Below, piece by piece: positions 62,571 through 64,000 of a stretch of DNA of 64,000 bases. Source of the stretch: Macrostomum hystrix. Its lineage: Eukaryota > Animalia > Platyhelminthes. How positions within the stretch are numbered: the stretch's first letter is position 1; the number at the start of each line of letters is the position of its first letter. Position numbers and translations under genes: made by a program. The notes beneath the pieces are model-generated. The model had not been told where the DNA came from and searched no databases. It saw only the letters and a program-made list of their open reading frames with translations. The stretch lies in NCBI GenBank assembly GCA_950097015.1, contig CATNEN010000024.1, forward strand, positions 4,650,001-4,714,000, given 5' to 3'.

Positions 62571-64000
62571 TGCAATTTGGTATTTCTTTGCTTCATGTAC
62601 AACTTCAAACTTGTTTCTTTATCCCAATTTTAATATCTTTGTCATCTATTTTTTCTCTTATTCTATCTCCTCTTCTCTCTCTGCTTTCTCTATTTACTAT
62701 CTTTTCTTTGTGCTTTCTTCTTTCCCTCTTTGTCCCTTTGTGCCCCCTTAGATTTTTTGCCTTTTTTCAGTTCATTTTTGCCACTTACTTTGCTTGGCCC
62801 TCATTTTACCTAGCTGATTCAGTCGGGTATTGCACACCAATATATAGGAATATTGCTATACAAAAATTATATTCACTAAAGTCCTACATTCTCTGGGATC
62901 ATGATATTTAATCATGTATTTTATATTTTAGACCCTATCAGAATATTTAGGCCCCTATTAAAAAACCTATAGATTCAAGCTTTAGAACTGAGATAGATAA
63001 ATTGAGATAAATGTGCTGTTGCCTAGTGCGTAGCATTTAGAACACAACACAAAGTGTTTATTTGTTTGTGCTAATCTTTGGGGGTAGTCCATGCCATTGT
63101 TAAATGTTTATGATTGTTTTTTTCAAGCAACAGTTTAGTAGGAAAATTTCATGCTACTCTTTAGAATGGCTTTATAAAATCCTAGCTTTAGAATAATATT
63201 TCTAAGCTTTAGAAAATCCCATTTGTAACATAAAATTGTGCCAGACACAATCTATAGCTTGTCAACTTTTTCTGATATGAAAGTTCTTAATTAAGCAAGT
63301 GCTCAATTTAAATTTCTAGGTGCTAGGAAAATTCTAGCACCTAGCAAATAGCAAAGTGAAAAATTGGACTTTTTTGAAGAAGAACTTCAAAGAACTTACT
63401 TTGAAGTTATAAAACACACCCCTATTGGAATAAATGTTGAAACCCATGGACATGCACTTTAGAATTAAGAAAGATTGGTCAAGAACCATTGGTCAAGAAG
63501 GTGTGCCATTTGTACAAAATAAACTTAAAAAAAATTCCCTCATGCACTGTTACTTATTTTATGCATTTTCAATTGTGTTCAACTGTTTTTCCATGTCTCT
63601 TTCTGTTGGCTGCTCAAGTCTTTTTGAAGAACAGTCAAGTAAGAAAAGTGTGTGCAGTGCACTTTAGAAAAATCCAAAAAGTGCACCAGCTGCTGTCTGC
63701 CAATTGTCAACTTTTTCCAATCAGGAAATGCACAAATAGATAATATATTTTCTGTAAGTTCTTTGACATAGAGAAATTTAGAACTATTCCTTATCAAATG
63801 GTTATTTTATTGAGTTTAAATTTAAAGGCTTAATAGGAATGTAATGGTCTACTTATGTAGTTGCAAAATCAATATTGTTATCTATTAGGTTGGCTCTATA
63901 CTGATAATAATGAGGCTCTAATATATAAACAGTTTAGACCTGTTGGCTATAATACAAAAATAACCCCTGGTCTGACTAGATTGACCAGCTACTTAGATTT

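Overview
Animal genomic DNA with spliceosomal GT-AG introns, GC-rich exons and AT-rich introns. About 30% of the window is tandem minisatellite (rough sum of array lengths). The style resembles a Macrostomum-like flatworm, but this is inference only. No CRISPR array, rRNA or true tRNA gene was found. Protein genes reconstructed from splice sites and frame continuity: (1) a minus-strand Q/H/P/G-rich gene (exons 9779-9448, 3515-2973, 2745-2662; 3' end unresolved); (2) an 87-aa ORF with signal peptide plus one TM helix (23861-24124); (3) an 8-exon SLC22-family transporter (29375-25560, minus, about 551 aa); (4) a 7-exon O-GlcNAcase (OGA, 31109-45601, plus, about 854 aa) head-to-head with it; (5,6) two about 99% identical, intact, intronless copies of a very divergent SLC6/NSS-like transporter in inverted orientation (48428-50398 plus; 57977-56007 minus). 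The most unusual structure is 48-60.5 kb. The second SLC6-like copy lies inside a 5.08-kb cassette (54266-59347) bounded by 1.12-kb inverted repeats and a near-direct 7-9 bp flanking repeat. The cassette appears inserted in a Gypsy-like remnant and sits next to tandem non-autonomous Helitron ends and duplicated minisatellite modules, suggesting Pack-MULE or foldback-like capture of a whole gene. Other repeats are tRNA-derived and CORE-type SINEs, a TA-flanked MITE, a hAT-Charlie MITE carrying a minisatellite, and about 15 distinct minisatellite families with 16-36 bp units.
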